Source of the DNA: Candidatus Latescibacterota bacterium
GTDB taxonomy: Bacteria; Latescibacterota; CBDEFO01
Assembly: GCA_965248755.1 (NCBI GenBank)
Contig: OZ252149.1
Coordinates: forward strand, 1,888,001-1,952,000
Reading direction: 5' to 3'
Length of the DNA: 64,000 nt
The position numbers and the translations under genes are program-made. The stretch's first letter is position 1; each line of letters begins with the position of its first letter. The notes under the pieces are model-generated. The model was not told where the DNA came from and did no database searches. It saw only the letters and a list, made by a program, of their open reading frames with translations. Shown here piece by piece: positions 29,031-38,145 of this stretch.

Positions 29031-29135
29031 TGGCAACAGCGCCGTTCCCGCAACTGGAGCGCCAGGCGATCATCCTACAGAACAAATAACTCGATAGCCA
29101 GATTTGGCGGTCAAGAAGTACTGAAAGGAAGTGAC

Positions 29136-30842
29136 ATGCGATGCAACTATCTTTGCGCCATAGGTATTCTGTTTTGCATCGGGGGTGCCGCTGTGTTTGA
29201 TGTCCCCAATGCGGCAGAGGATGAAACCGAAATCCTCAAGATCACCGTCGGTAAGCCGACCCAGCTCAGCGATGAGGTTAATCAGAATACCGCGAGCGTG
29301 GCGGTCTCACGTACAGGGACGATCGCTGTATTCTATCCCAAGCAGGGCGAAGGGGCTAAGTACTATCGCATTTCAAACGACGGCGGTCAGACCTGGGACA
29401 AGGAACTGGACTTCCCTCCCGCATATGCAGGCCCCATGTCTGTAGACCTCCGCGAAGGTGGGGTCCTTTTTATGCAGCGCAAATCAAGGCACGAGCTAGA
29501 AGCCCAGCGCATACTCTTCTCTGACGATTTCCTGAAGTATGAAGTTGGCACCTCAGCGGTGTCCGTGCCAAATGCGGTTCTGCAAACGAAGTGGGCAGAG
29601 TTTTGGCCTTTCTTGGCCAAGGGAAAGATAGTCCAGTTGCCTAACGGTGATTTGCTGGGCACCATGTACGGGAACCTCAAAGGCGATACCCAGTATCGCA
29701 CCATGATCGCGCTATCCACGGACTTGGGCCGCAGTTGGGAGTATCATGCCACCGTTGCCTATAGCCCAGACGACCCGGATCCGGAATTGGCTGGCGGATA
29801 TTGTGGTTATTGCGAGCCAAGCCTGGCTTTACTATCCAACGGGCAACTCTTGTGCATAATGAGGACACAGGGAACGCAGTTTCCCGGCGAATATCGGCCA
29901 CTGTACCAGTGCTGGTCAGACGATCTAGGCAAGACATGGACCGAGCCAGTACTGAGCGAGCCGCACTTGATGAATATCTCGCCGACGCTGGCGGTATTGG
30001 ATAACGGCGTGCTGGCCTGTCAGTACGGCCGGCCAGGATTTCACGTTGCGTTCAGTCTGGACAATGGCCACACGTGGCAGGACCGCGTCAGCTTCTCGCA
30101 TCTGCCATGCGGTGTCATCACTGGCCAGTTTGACATGATCAAAGTCGGTCCGAACCGATTGTTGGCTATCGGGAATGATTCCGAAGGCACGAAGGTATGG
30201 CCATTGTCCGTTGACCGCGTGAAGGTATTAACCACCCACGGACGTCTTCATGGTCGTGTATTGGATGAACAGGGTAATCCGATTGCCAGTGCAGCGATCG
30301 AGCGCAGCCCCAACCGTTACACCGCCGACGACTGGCTGGATCACGAATCCAAGTTGGACTGGTGGGGAGCCGGGACTCCCGTGACGGTCGGTTCACCCAG
30401 CTTGGGATTCAGATCTATTCGACAGGGAAACGGCCATCCGACGGTGAAGTCGGATACAGAGGGTCGATTTGATTTTCATGATGTGCCATTGAGCGAATAC
30501 GTGTTGACCGTGGAAGCCGATGGTTACGCGCCTCAACAACGACACGTCAACATTCGGCCGCAGTCTCGGTCGCAGGATTTCAAACTCAAGACGGGCCGGC
30601 TTGTGCGCAGCCAGGTTGTGGATGAAACGGGCCGGGGGATTCCAGGGATATGTGTGATACTCAACAGATGGCACGTCCACACAGATCGAGCTGGCTACTT
30701 CCACTGGTCAGTAGAGTTTCCGCTGCCGCAGCAGGTGGAAATGAAGATCTACAAGCGGTACAGCGGTCAGTACGAGACATTGGAAACTACGGTCGCCCTA
30801 GCGCAGATCGAACGTCAGCCGATCACCTTGAAGAACAGATAA
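29136..30842 (+). CDS. BNR/sialidase-fold protein, paralogue 2
   Basis: Asp boxes SNDGGQTW, STDLGRSW, SDDLGKTW, SLDNGHTW; collinear with 20099-21829 and the same ACTGAAAGGAAGTGACATG leader. Confidence 0.8.
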   Translation: MRCNYLCAIGILFCIGGAAVFDVPNAAEDETEILKITVGKPTQLSDEVNQNTASVAVSRTGTIAVFYPKQGEGAKYYRISNDGGQTWDKELDFPPAYAGPMSVDLREGGVLFMQRKSRHELEAQRILFSDDFLKYEVGTSAVSVPNAVLQTKWAEFWPFLAKGKIVQLPNGDLLGTMYGNLKGDTQYRTMIALSTDLGRSWEYHATVAYSPDDPDPELAGGYCGYCEPSLALLSNGQLLCIMRTQGTQFPGEYRPLYQCWSDDLGKTWTEPVLSEPHLMNISPTLAVLDNGVLACQYGRPGFHVAFSLDNGHTWQDRVSFSHLPCGVITGQFDMIKVGPNRLLAIGNDSEGTKVWPLSVDRVKVLTTHGRLHGRVLDEQGNPIASAAIERSPNRYTADDWLDHESKLDWWGAGTPVTVGSPSLGFRSIRQGNGHPTVKSDTEGRFDFHDVPLSEYVLTVEADGYAPQQRHVNIRPQSRSQDFKLKTGRLVRSQVVDETGRGIPGICVILNRWHVHTDRAGYFHWSVEFPLPQQVEMKIYKRYSGQYETLETTVALAQIERQPITLKNR

Positions 30843-30888
30843 CTCGATAGCCAGATTTTCCACCGAAGAAGTACTGAAAGGAGTTGAT

Positions 30889-32763
30889 ATGCAATCCAAC
30901 CACTCTGTGACAAGCCGTGCTGGGGATGTGGATCCAGGCGCTCAACTGGTTGAGGAACTCCTGGCGCACCGCAGAACCGAAAAAGCGCGCTGGCAACCTA
31001 TGAGCTTTGATCTGGAGGATATGGCGATCCTCTCGTTGAATGCCTACACCCGTGCTCTGGATGAGAATTCAGATTACCTGCTGTGGATGGCGGCTTGGTA
31101 TGACCGCAGGCCGCTGGCCCAGCGGCATACACATAGCGACGGCAATCAGATGCCTAAGTACGCAGAAGGGATCGCCCTGATGCGCCTGATGACCGGCAGC
31201 ACGATGAACCGTGAAATCGATGCTAAGATATGGAAATGGATCGACGACCGTACCGGGGAAGACGGCCTGATTTACAAGCAACCGGGCCAGGCCGACGCGT
31301 ACGGTAATGGCAGAGCACTGCTGGCCCGCATCCTTGAGTACCGCTTGAGCGGTTCAGCCGGACAGCCAGATGCCATAGAAAAAACGATCGACACGCTGTG
31401 GGACAAGGTCTATGTGCAAGGTGATCGCGATGCGCCGGACAGCTATTGCATTTTCCCACGAGTCTGGGACGGCGGCTCGCAGGTCAATGCAGATACGGCG
31501 GACTGGCCTATCTATAACGCCTCGCTCATCCCTCCCATGGTCAAGTGGTACGAGATGACCGGCAGCGCCAGGGCATTGGAGCTGGCGCGATGGATGACCA
31601 ACAGTATTCTGCGCGGTGGCGAGATTGAAGAAGATGGCTCGTGGCAGGGCTGGTTCCATCCTTTCGTACACGCCGGAATGGCGATGCTTGAGTATGCCCG
31701 GGTGACTAAAGACGAAGTCTTATGCAAAAGGATGCGGGGCTTCTATGAAAGTGGGCGTAGCCAGGGAACGAGCCATGGTGTTTTTCCCGAACAGCCCGCC
31801 GGACTATGGGTTTCGAATATCGGCAATGAGGGATGCTGTACGGTGGATATGTGCAACATGGCGGCAACGCTTTCCCGCGCGGGTCTGGGCGATTATTGGG
31901 ACGATGTGGATCGCTATCTGAGGAATCAATTGACCGAGGCTCAGATGAAGAGAACCGATTTCCTCGAGCGGATTCCGAAAAGCAATATCGTCCACATTCC
32001 AATTCGCCCCGAGCTTCAGGAGGCGGAAATAGAGGATTTCACGCGGTACATCGGATCGCTGTCAGGGTGGGCAGCGCCAAACGATTATGCCAGCGCGGCC
32101 CATTTGTGGTTGCAGCAATGCTGTACGGGAAACATCGGGCGGGCGATTTATGCGGGCTTTGAGAGCATCGTCACACGGGAGGATAATCTCCATAAGATCA
32201 ATCTCCTCATCAACCGATCAACCAAGGAATTGGATATTGACAGCTATCTGCCTTGGGAGGGAAAGGTGGTTGTCAGTGTGAAGCACCCGGTCAAATTGGC
32301 CGTCCGCATGCCGCATTACGTGGCCCTTCAGGACGTCGTCACAAAGTTAAATGGCATGGCCATCAATCGGTCACTTTCCTGGAACGGAAGATATGTCCAA
32401 TTCTCCTGTAAGGCAGGGGACACAATCGAACTGCTCTTTGAGGTGCCTGAATACACACAAACGTTTGGGTGGCCCGGCCGTCCCGAACTCGTCCTGAAAC
32501 ATTCCATTACCGACGAGAATAGCGGCGGCGGAATGGAAAATCCTCGGACAGTTCTCGAAGCGAATAAGAACCCTGAATTGGTTAAAGAATTACTGGAGCC
32601 CGTTGAGTACAAGATTACGTATCGTGGAAACACGGTAGTGGACATTGACCCAAATGGGGCGATCTATCCGATCTACGAGCGCGATCACATGCGACTCGGA
32701 AAAGCTCCGATAAGCCGGTATGAACGATTCGTACCAACAGAGGATCTGGTCAATTGGCCTTGA
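30889..32763 (+). CDS. GH127/GH146-like (alpha/alpha)6 protein
   Basis: EGCC and QQCCTGN Cys motifs, YWDDVDRYLRNQL, SYLPWEGKV..LAVRMP C-terminal sandwich. Confidence 0.55.
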   Translation: MQSNHSVTSRAGDVDPGAQLVEELLAHRRTEKARWQPMSFDLEDMAILSLNAYTRALDENSDYLLWMAAWYDRRPLAQRHTHSDGNQMPKYAEGIALMRLMTGSTMNREIDAKIWKWIDDRTGEDGLIYKQPGQADAYGNGRALLARILEYRLSGSAGQPDAIEKTIDTLWDKVYVQGDRDAPDSYCIFPRVWDGGSQVNADTADWPIYNASLIPPMVKWYEMTGSARALELARWMTNSILRGGEIEEDGSWQGWFHPFVHAGMAMLEYARVTKDEVLCKRMRGFYESGRSQGTSHGVFPEQPAGLWVSNIGNEGCCTVDMCNMAATLSRAGLGDYWDDVDRYLRNQLTEAQMKRTDFLERIPKSNIVHIPIRPELQEAEIEDFTRYIGSLSGWAAPNDYASAAHLWLQQCCTGNIGRAIYAGFESIVTREDNLHKINLLINRSTKELDIDSYLPWEGKVVVSVKHPVKLAVRMPHYVALQDVVTKLNGMAINRSLSWNGRYVQFSCKAGDTIELLFEVPEYTQTFGWPGRPELVLKHSITDENSGGGMENPRTVLEANKNPELVKELLEPVEYKITYRGNTVVDIDPNGAIYPIYERDHMRLGKAPISRYERFVPTEDLVNWP

Positions 32764-33029
32764 AGGAGCAGTGGGAGAAGATCAATAACGTTGAACAGAG
32801 TCATTCTAAAACTCTTCTTCTACGCCTGACGGCGAATGATTCTATCGGGGCTTCATCCCTCTGGTCATTCTGAGGGGCTTCTTCCCTCTTTCTCAAGAGG
32901 GGCTTCACCCCGAAGCAAGCCCGCCTCTTACCTTGGCCCAGACTGAGCAACGTCATTGCGAGGCACTTCACCCCGAAGCAATCTCGGAGGAATTGTTCCT
33001 TGATTCCTTAGCCGATAGGAACACCAGAT

Positions 33030-35489
33030 ATGAGAGTATTTTCAAAAGTTTTCGTGATTGCATCCCTATCTTTGACCTTTGCCGTAAACTGCATTTCCCC
33101 AGAAAGATCTGAATGGGAAAGACTAAACGAAAAGGCAGAAAGCCTCTACGAACAAGGTCAGTATGAGGAAGCAGTTAACTTTGCCAAAGAGGCTTTGAAA
33201 ATAGCTGAGGAAAGTTTCGGTACAGACCATCCCAATGTGGCGACCTGCCTTAACAATCTAGCATACCTTTATCATTCCCAGGGCAAGTATGCTGAGGCTG
33301 AGCCCCTTTATAAGCGGTCACTGGCAATAAGGGAAAAAGCTCTTGGCAAAGACCATCCTGATGTGGCGGCATCCCTGAACAATCTAGCGGGACTTTATGA
33401 ATCTCAGGGCAAGTATGCCGAGGCTGAGCCCCTTTACAATCGGTCACTGGCAATAGTAGAAAAAGCTCTTGGCAAAGACCACCCCGATGTGGCGTCCCCC
33501 CTGAACAATCTGGCGGAACTTTACAGAGCTCAGGGCAAGTATGCCGAGGCTGAGCCCCTTAACAAGCAGGCACTGGCAATATGGGAAAAAGCCCTTGGAA
33601 AAGACCATCCCGATGTGGCGACCTCCCTGAACAATCTGGCGGTACTTTATGATTCCCAGGGCAAGTATGCCGACGCTGAACACCTTTATATGCGGGCACT
33701 GGCAATAATGGAAAAAGCCCTTGGCAAAGACCACCCTGATGTGGCGACCTCCCTGAACAATCTGGCGGAACTTTACAGAGCTCAGGGCAAGTATGTCGAG
33801 GCTGAGCCCCTTTACAAGCAGTCACTGGCAATATGGGAGAAAGCTCTTGGGAAAGAGCATCCCAGTGTGGCGACCTCCCTGAACAATCTGGCGTTACTTT
33901 ATGATTCCCAGGGCAAGTATGCCGGGGCTGAACCACTTTACAAGCGGGCACTGGCAATAAGGGAAAAAGCCCTTGGAAAAGACCATCCCAGTGTGGCGAC
34001 CTCCCTGAACAATCTCGCGGTACTATATAAGACCCAGGGCAAGTATGTCGAAGCTGAGCCCCTTCACAAGCGGTCACTGGCAATAAGGGAAGAAGCTCTT
34101 GGAAAAGACCATCCCGATGTGGCGACCTCCCTGAACAATCTGGCGGTACTTTATAAGACCCAGGGCAAGTATGTCGAGGCTGAGCCCCTTTATGAGCGGG
34201 CACTGGGAATATGGGAAGAAGCCCTTGGCAAAGACCATCCTGATGTAGCTTACTCCCTGAACAATCTGGCGGGTCTTTATAAGACCCAGGGCAAGTATGC
34301 CGAGGCTGATCCGCTTTACAAGCAGTCACTGGCAATAGTAGAAAAAGCCCTTGGAAAAGACCACCCTGATGTAGCTTACTCCCTGGACAATCTGGCGGGA
34401 CTTTATAAGACCCAGGGCAAGTATGCCGAGGCTGATCCGCTTTACAAGCAGTCACTGGCAATAAGGGAAGAAGCTCTTGGAAAAGACCATCCCGATGTAG
34501 CGCAATCCCTGAACAATCTAGCAAACCTTTATCGTTCCCAGTGGAAGTATGTCGAAGCTGGGCCACTTTACAAGCGATCACTGGCAATAAGGGAAGAAGT
34601 CCTTGGAAAAGACCATCCCGATGTAGCGCAATCCCTGAACAATCTGGCGGCACTTTATCATTCTCAGGGCAAGTATGCCGACGCTGAGCCCCTGCACAAG
34701 CGTGCTCTGACAATAATAGAGAAAACCCTTGGCAGAGACCATCCCCATGTGGCGGCCTCTTTGAACTGTCTGGCGGAACTTTATAAGACTCAGGCCAAGT
34801 ATGTCAAAGCTGAACCCCTTGTCAAGCGGTCACTGGCAATTTTGGAAAAATCCTTTCGCAAAGATCATCCTGCTATGGCAACCTCCCTGAATAATCTGGC
34901 GCTAGTTTATGCTTCTCAGGGCAAGTACGTCGAGGCTGAGCCTCTTTATAAGCGGGCACTGGCAATGAGGGAAGAAGTCCTCGGGCCAGACCACCCCCAT
35001 GTCGCGCAATGCCTGAGCAACCTGGGGGAACTTTATGATTCCCAGGGCAAGAATGCTGAGGCTGAGCCCCTTCTGAAGCGAGCACTGGGAATAAGGGAAG
35101 AAGCTCTTGGCAAAGACCATCCCTATGTGGCGACCTCCCTGAACAATCTAGCAAACCTTTATCGTTCCCAGGGCAAGTATGCCGAGGCTGAGCCACTTTA
35201 CAAACGGGCACTGGCAATATACGAGAAAGCTCTTGGAAAAGACCATCCCAAAGTAGCTTACTCCCTTAGCGGTCTAGCGGAACTTTACAAAGATCAGGGC
35301 AAGTATGTCGATGCTGAGCCCCTTCTGAAGCGAGCACTGGGAATAAGGGAAGAAGCTCTTGGCAAAGACCATCCCTATGTGGCGACTGCGTTGGAGAATA
35401 TGGCAGTGCTCTACATAGAGATTGGAAAGGAAGATGAAGCCAAAAGGTTGGGGGAACGTGCAGAAGGAATTCGTTCAAGAAACCAATGA
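33030..35489 (+). CDS. TPR protein 6; 17 internal repeats; possible lipoprotein
   Basis: 66 + 17x42 + 39 = 819 aa; signal FAVNCIS. Confidence 0.95.
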   Translation: MRVFSKVFVIASLSLTFAVNCISPERSEWERLNEKAESLYEQGQYEEAVNFAKEALKIAEESFGTDHPNVATCLNNLAYLYHSQGKYAEAEPLYKRSLAIREKALGKDHPDVAASLNNLAGLYESQGKYAEAEPLYNRSLAIVEKALGKDHPDVASPLNNLAELYRAQGKYAEAEPLNKQALAIWEKALGKDHPDVATSLNNLAVLYDSQGKYADAEHLYMRALAIMEKALGKDHPDVATSLNNLAELYRAQGKYVEAEPLYKQSLAIWEKALGKEHPSVATSLNNLALLYDSQGKYAGAEPLYKRALAIREKALGKDHPSVATSLNNLAVLYKTQGKYVEAEPLHKRSLAIREEALGKDHPDVATSLNNLAVLYKTQGKYVEAEPLYERALGIWEEALGKDHPDVAYSLNNLAGLYKTQGKYAEADPLYKQSLAIVEKALGKDHPDVAYSLDNLAGLYKTQGKYAEADPLYKQSLAIREEALGKDHPDVAQSLNNLANLYRSQWKYVEAGPLYKRSLAIREEVLGKDHPDVAQSLNNLAALYHSQGKYADAEPLHKRALTIIEKTLGRDHPHVAASLNCLAELYKTQAKYVKAEPLVKRSLAILEKSFRKDHPAMATSLNNLALVYASQGKYVEAEPLYKRALAMREEVLGPDHPHVAQCLSNLGELYDSQGKNAEAEPLLKRALGIREEALGKDHPYVATSLNNLANLYRSQGKYAEAEPLYKRALAIYEKALGKDHPKVAYSLSGLAELYKDQGKYVDAEPLLKRALGIREEALGKDHPYVATALENMAVLYIEIGKEDEAKRLGERAEGIRSRNQ

Positions 35490-35797
35490 TGGCAACAGCG
35501 CCGTTCTCAGAGCTGGAAAGACAGCCGATCATCCTGCAGAACAGATAACTCCACAGACAGACATAGTCCGCCGCATCTCTACGGGAAGTCCCCGAGTGCT
35601 TCTATCGGGGACGTGTGCCTACCCCTGGGGCGAGTGAACCTCGCCCCTACATTCTATCTACTCAAAAGAGATTGCTTCGCTTCGCTCGCAAGGACAATTC
35701 ATTTTACCAAGGTCATTGCGAGGGGGCCTGCCCCGGAATGATTGATCCCCGAGCCCCCCGATAGATTCAATCGGGGGTTAAGTCGCAATCTCGCCGC

Positions 35798-37564
35798 TTA
35801 CTGCCGCGCGGTGACCGGCCAGATCGGATCGAGCTGCCAGGCGTCCAGCGAGACGAGCGTCGCATCGCCGCCGCGGGCGAACACGTCGATGCCCTTGCTG
35901 TCCGCTCGCGTCGGGTACACCCGCTGCGTCATGCAGAAACGCTTGTTCGGGAAGACCTCGACCATCGATCGATCGACAAACACGTGAAGCTCAAGCAGCT
36001 CATCGTCGGGCAGATCCAGGTCGCCGCTGTACACCGGCAGGTTCGGGTAACTACCGGCCTTTCTCATGACCAGCGTTTCGGGGTCGAGGCTTGCGTGGGT
36101 CTGATCGGCGATGAACTCTCTCTTCTTGCGGTCGTAGATGAATAGCGTCTGCTCCTTGCGGTCGGGCGAACAGAGAACCTTAATGCCGACGGCATCAGCG
36201 TCACCGGGGTCGATCACCGCGATGATCTCCAGCATATCTCCCTGCGGATCGGGTACGAAGTTCGATCCGGATTCGGTAATCGGCATCCGCTCGTACTGCC
36301 AGTGCTTCCGCCGCAGACTCTTGAGTTCCTCCACCGGCTCCTGGCCTAATGTGCCGTCGGGTCGCAGCGTGAGCATGCGGGGCAAAGAGTAGATGTTACT
36401 CCACCACTCGATGGGCGTTTTGTTCTCCGGATCCTCCTTGGAGAGCCACTCATTCTCCTGTCCCAGGTCTGCCGCTTCGTCTCTGGCGCGGTACCACGGG
36501 CTGTTACCCTCCCAGACCAGGCCGAAGATGATTCGCCTATTCTTGTCATCCTCGAAGCTCATAGCACAGCCGTAATAGCCGCCGGGGTCCAGAACAAACG
36601 CTTCGGATTCAGGGATGAAGCGATGATCCGAAAAACGGCCGATCCATCCCATCTCCTGCGTCATATCGAAAGCCTTTGGGTTGTCCCACTGCTCGCGGCC
36701 ATCTGCGGGCTTCTTCGGATAGGCGGTGATCAGTAGCACGTGTTTATCGCCCAACTTAAACATGTGCGACATGTCCCACTGTTCGCCGGAGACGGCGGGT
36801 GATTTGCCTTTCAGCAGAGGGTTGAGGTATCTCCAGTTCACCAGATCGTCGGATTGGAAGAGATAGGTAGTGCCGACGTTCTGCCCGGCGTCGTTCTGCG
36901 CACCGCCGGCCTTCCCACCGATCAGCGCGTACCAGGTCTGATCGTCCTCGTCCCACCAGGCGAACACATCCAGGTTAAGACGCTCTTCATCGGCGCACCT
37001 TTCCGGGATCACGGGGTTATCAGGGTGGCGCTTCCAGGTGACCATGCCGTCGTCACTTGTGGCTATGCTCTTGCAGCGGATTCTGGCCGAAGTGTATATG
37101 ATGGTGGGCACGCCGTTATTGATCACCGTCGAGCCGGTATAGATCCCGGCGTTGTCATAGCCATGAGGACCGTTCTCATCCTGCGGCGCCAGTGCTATGG
37201 GAAGGTCGTGCCAGTGAACCAGGTCCTCGCTGACGGCGTGCCCCCAGCTTTCGCTCGGACCCGAGGGCTCCTCCGAGGGCTTCGCACCGTGGGGTGCTGT
37301 CAGATAGAACAGGTGGTATCGGCCGTCGAACTGAATCGGTCCCTCCACGTCCCACCCGTAGCCGGTCGGTGGCAGGAAGTGGTACCCGGGTCTGTGCGGA
37401 TCACCCGCCAGCTTTTCCCGAACCGGGTGAATGCATTCGGGGAAGACGGACAGGAAATTCGGCCCGACGTAGTCTTGCTTATCAGCGTTGAGCCAAGCGG
37501 CCAGGTGCGGAAAGAGCTTTGAGTCCTTGGCTGTCTGTTGTGAGCGGTTACTGGGTATCTTCAT
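35798..37564 (-). CDS. Glycoside hydrolase family 32-like protein (divergent catalytic motifs)
   Basis: RPGYHF.P, YHLFY, WGHAVSEDLVHW, YTGS, SLPR, FVDRSMVEVF, TQRVYP. Confidence 0.88.
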   Translation of the reverse strand: MKIPSNRSQQTAKDSKLFPHLAAWLNADKQDYVGPNFLSVFPECIHPVREKLAGDPHRPGYHFLPPTGYGWDVEGPIQFDGRYHLFYLTAPHGAKPSEEPSGPSESWGHAVSEDLVHWHDLPIALAPQDENGPHGYDNAGIYTGSTVINNGVPTIIYTSARIRCKSIATSDDGMVTWKRHPDNPVIPERCADEERLNLDVFAWWDEDDQTWYALIGGKAGGAQNDAGQNVGTTYLFQSDDLVNWRYLNPLLKGKSPAVSGEQWDMSHMFKLGDKHVLLITAYPKKPADGREQWDNPKAFDMTQEMGWIGRFSDHRFIPESEAFVLDPGGYYGCAMSFEDDKNRRIIFGLVWEGNSPWYRARDEAADLGQENEWLSKEDPENKTPIEWWSNIYSLPRMLTLRPDGTLGQEPVEELKSLRRKHWQYERMPITESGSNFVPDPQGDMLEIIAVIDPGDADAVGIKVLCSPDRKEQTLFIYDRKKREFIADQTHASLDPETLVMRKAGSYPNLPVYSGDLDLPDDELLELHVFVDRSMVEVFPNKRFCMTQRVYPTRADSKGIDVFARGGDATLVSLDAWQLDPIWPVTARQ

Positions 37565-37605
37565 TTTGAGTCCTTTCAGAAATATGCGAGTTCCAGAGTA
37601 AGACT

Positions 37606-38088
37606 CTACCTGCTCCCGATAGATTCATCGGAGGCTGCTGCCTGTAAGACCGCCTGAGTCACCTTAGTGTAGATTCCACATCTGCACAGGTTTCCCTTCA
37701 ACGCCTCTCTTATCTCCTCCTCCCTCGGATTCGGATTCTCATCCAAAAGGACTCTGGACGACAGAATGAATCCGGGTACGCAGTAGCCGCACTGGAGGGC
37801 GCCCGATTCTATGAAGGCCTCCTGCAGAGGATCTAATCTCTCCTCAACGGCGACTCCCTCTATCGTGGTTATCTGATATCTAGAGACACAGAGGGCGTTG
37901 ATTATACAGGACTTAACTATCTTTCCATCTACGATCACAGTGCACGACCCGCACCTTCCGTCCTCACACCCGCGCTTTGTGCCCGTCAGGCTCAAGTTTT
38001 CTCTTAAGACGTCCAGAAGTGTAGTATAGGGATCTACAAGTTCCTCGTAGCTCTCACCGTTCACAGTTAATTCCAGTCTGTACTTCAT
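37606..38088 (-). CDS. (2Fe-2S) small subunit of a xanthine/CO-dehydrogenase-family molybdoenzyme (CoxS-like)
   Basis: GTKRGCEDGRCGSCTV, QCGYCVPG, GNLCRC. Confidence 0.93.
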   Translation of the reverse strand: MKYRLELTVNGESYEELVDPYTTLLDVLRENLSLTGTKRGCEDGRCGSCTVIVDGKIVKSCIINALCVSRYQITTIEGVAVEERLDPLQEAFIESGALQCGYCVPGFILSSRVLLDENPNPREEEIREALKGNLCRCGIYTKVTQAVLQAAASDESIGSR

Positions 38089-38145
38089 CTTGTCCCCCTG
38101 AACAGACAAGAATGTCTGTTCTACCGTCTGTTTGTTTAGAGTGGC

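Noticed and set aside
21881..34713. Long Cys/Pro-rich minus-strand ORFs (e.g. 21881-22978, 33559-34713)
   Set aside because: Antisense shadows of repetitive TPR genes
21958..35489. Regularly spaced CCCTGAACAATCTGGCG repeats as a CRISPR array
   Set aside because: The 126-bp period is in-frame coding TPR sequence, the intervening DNA is homologous, and no cas genes are present
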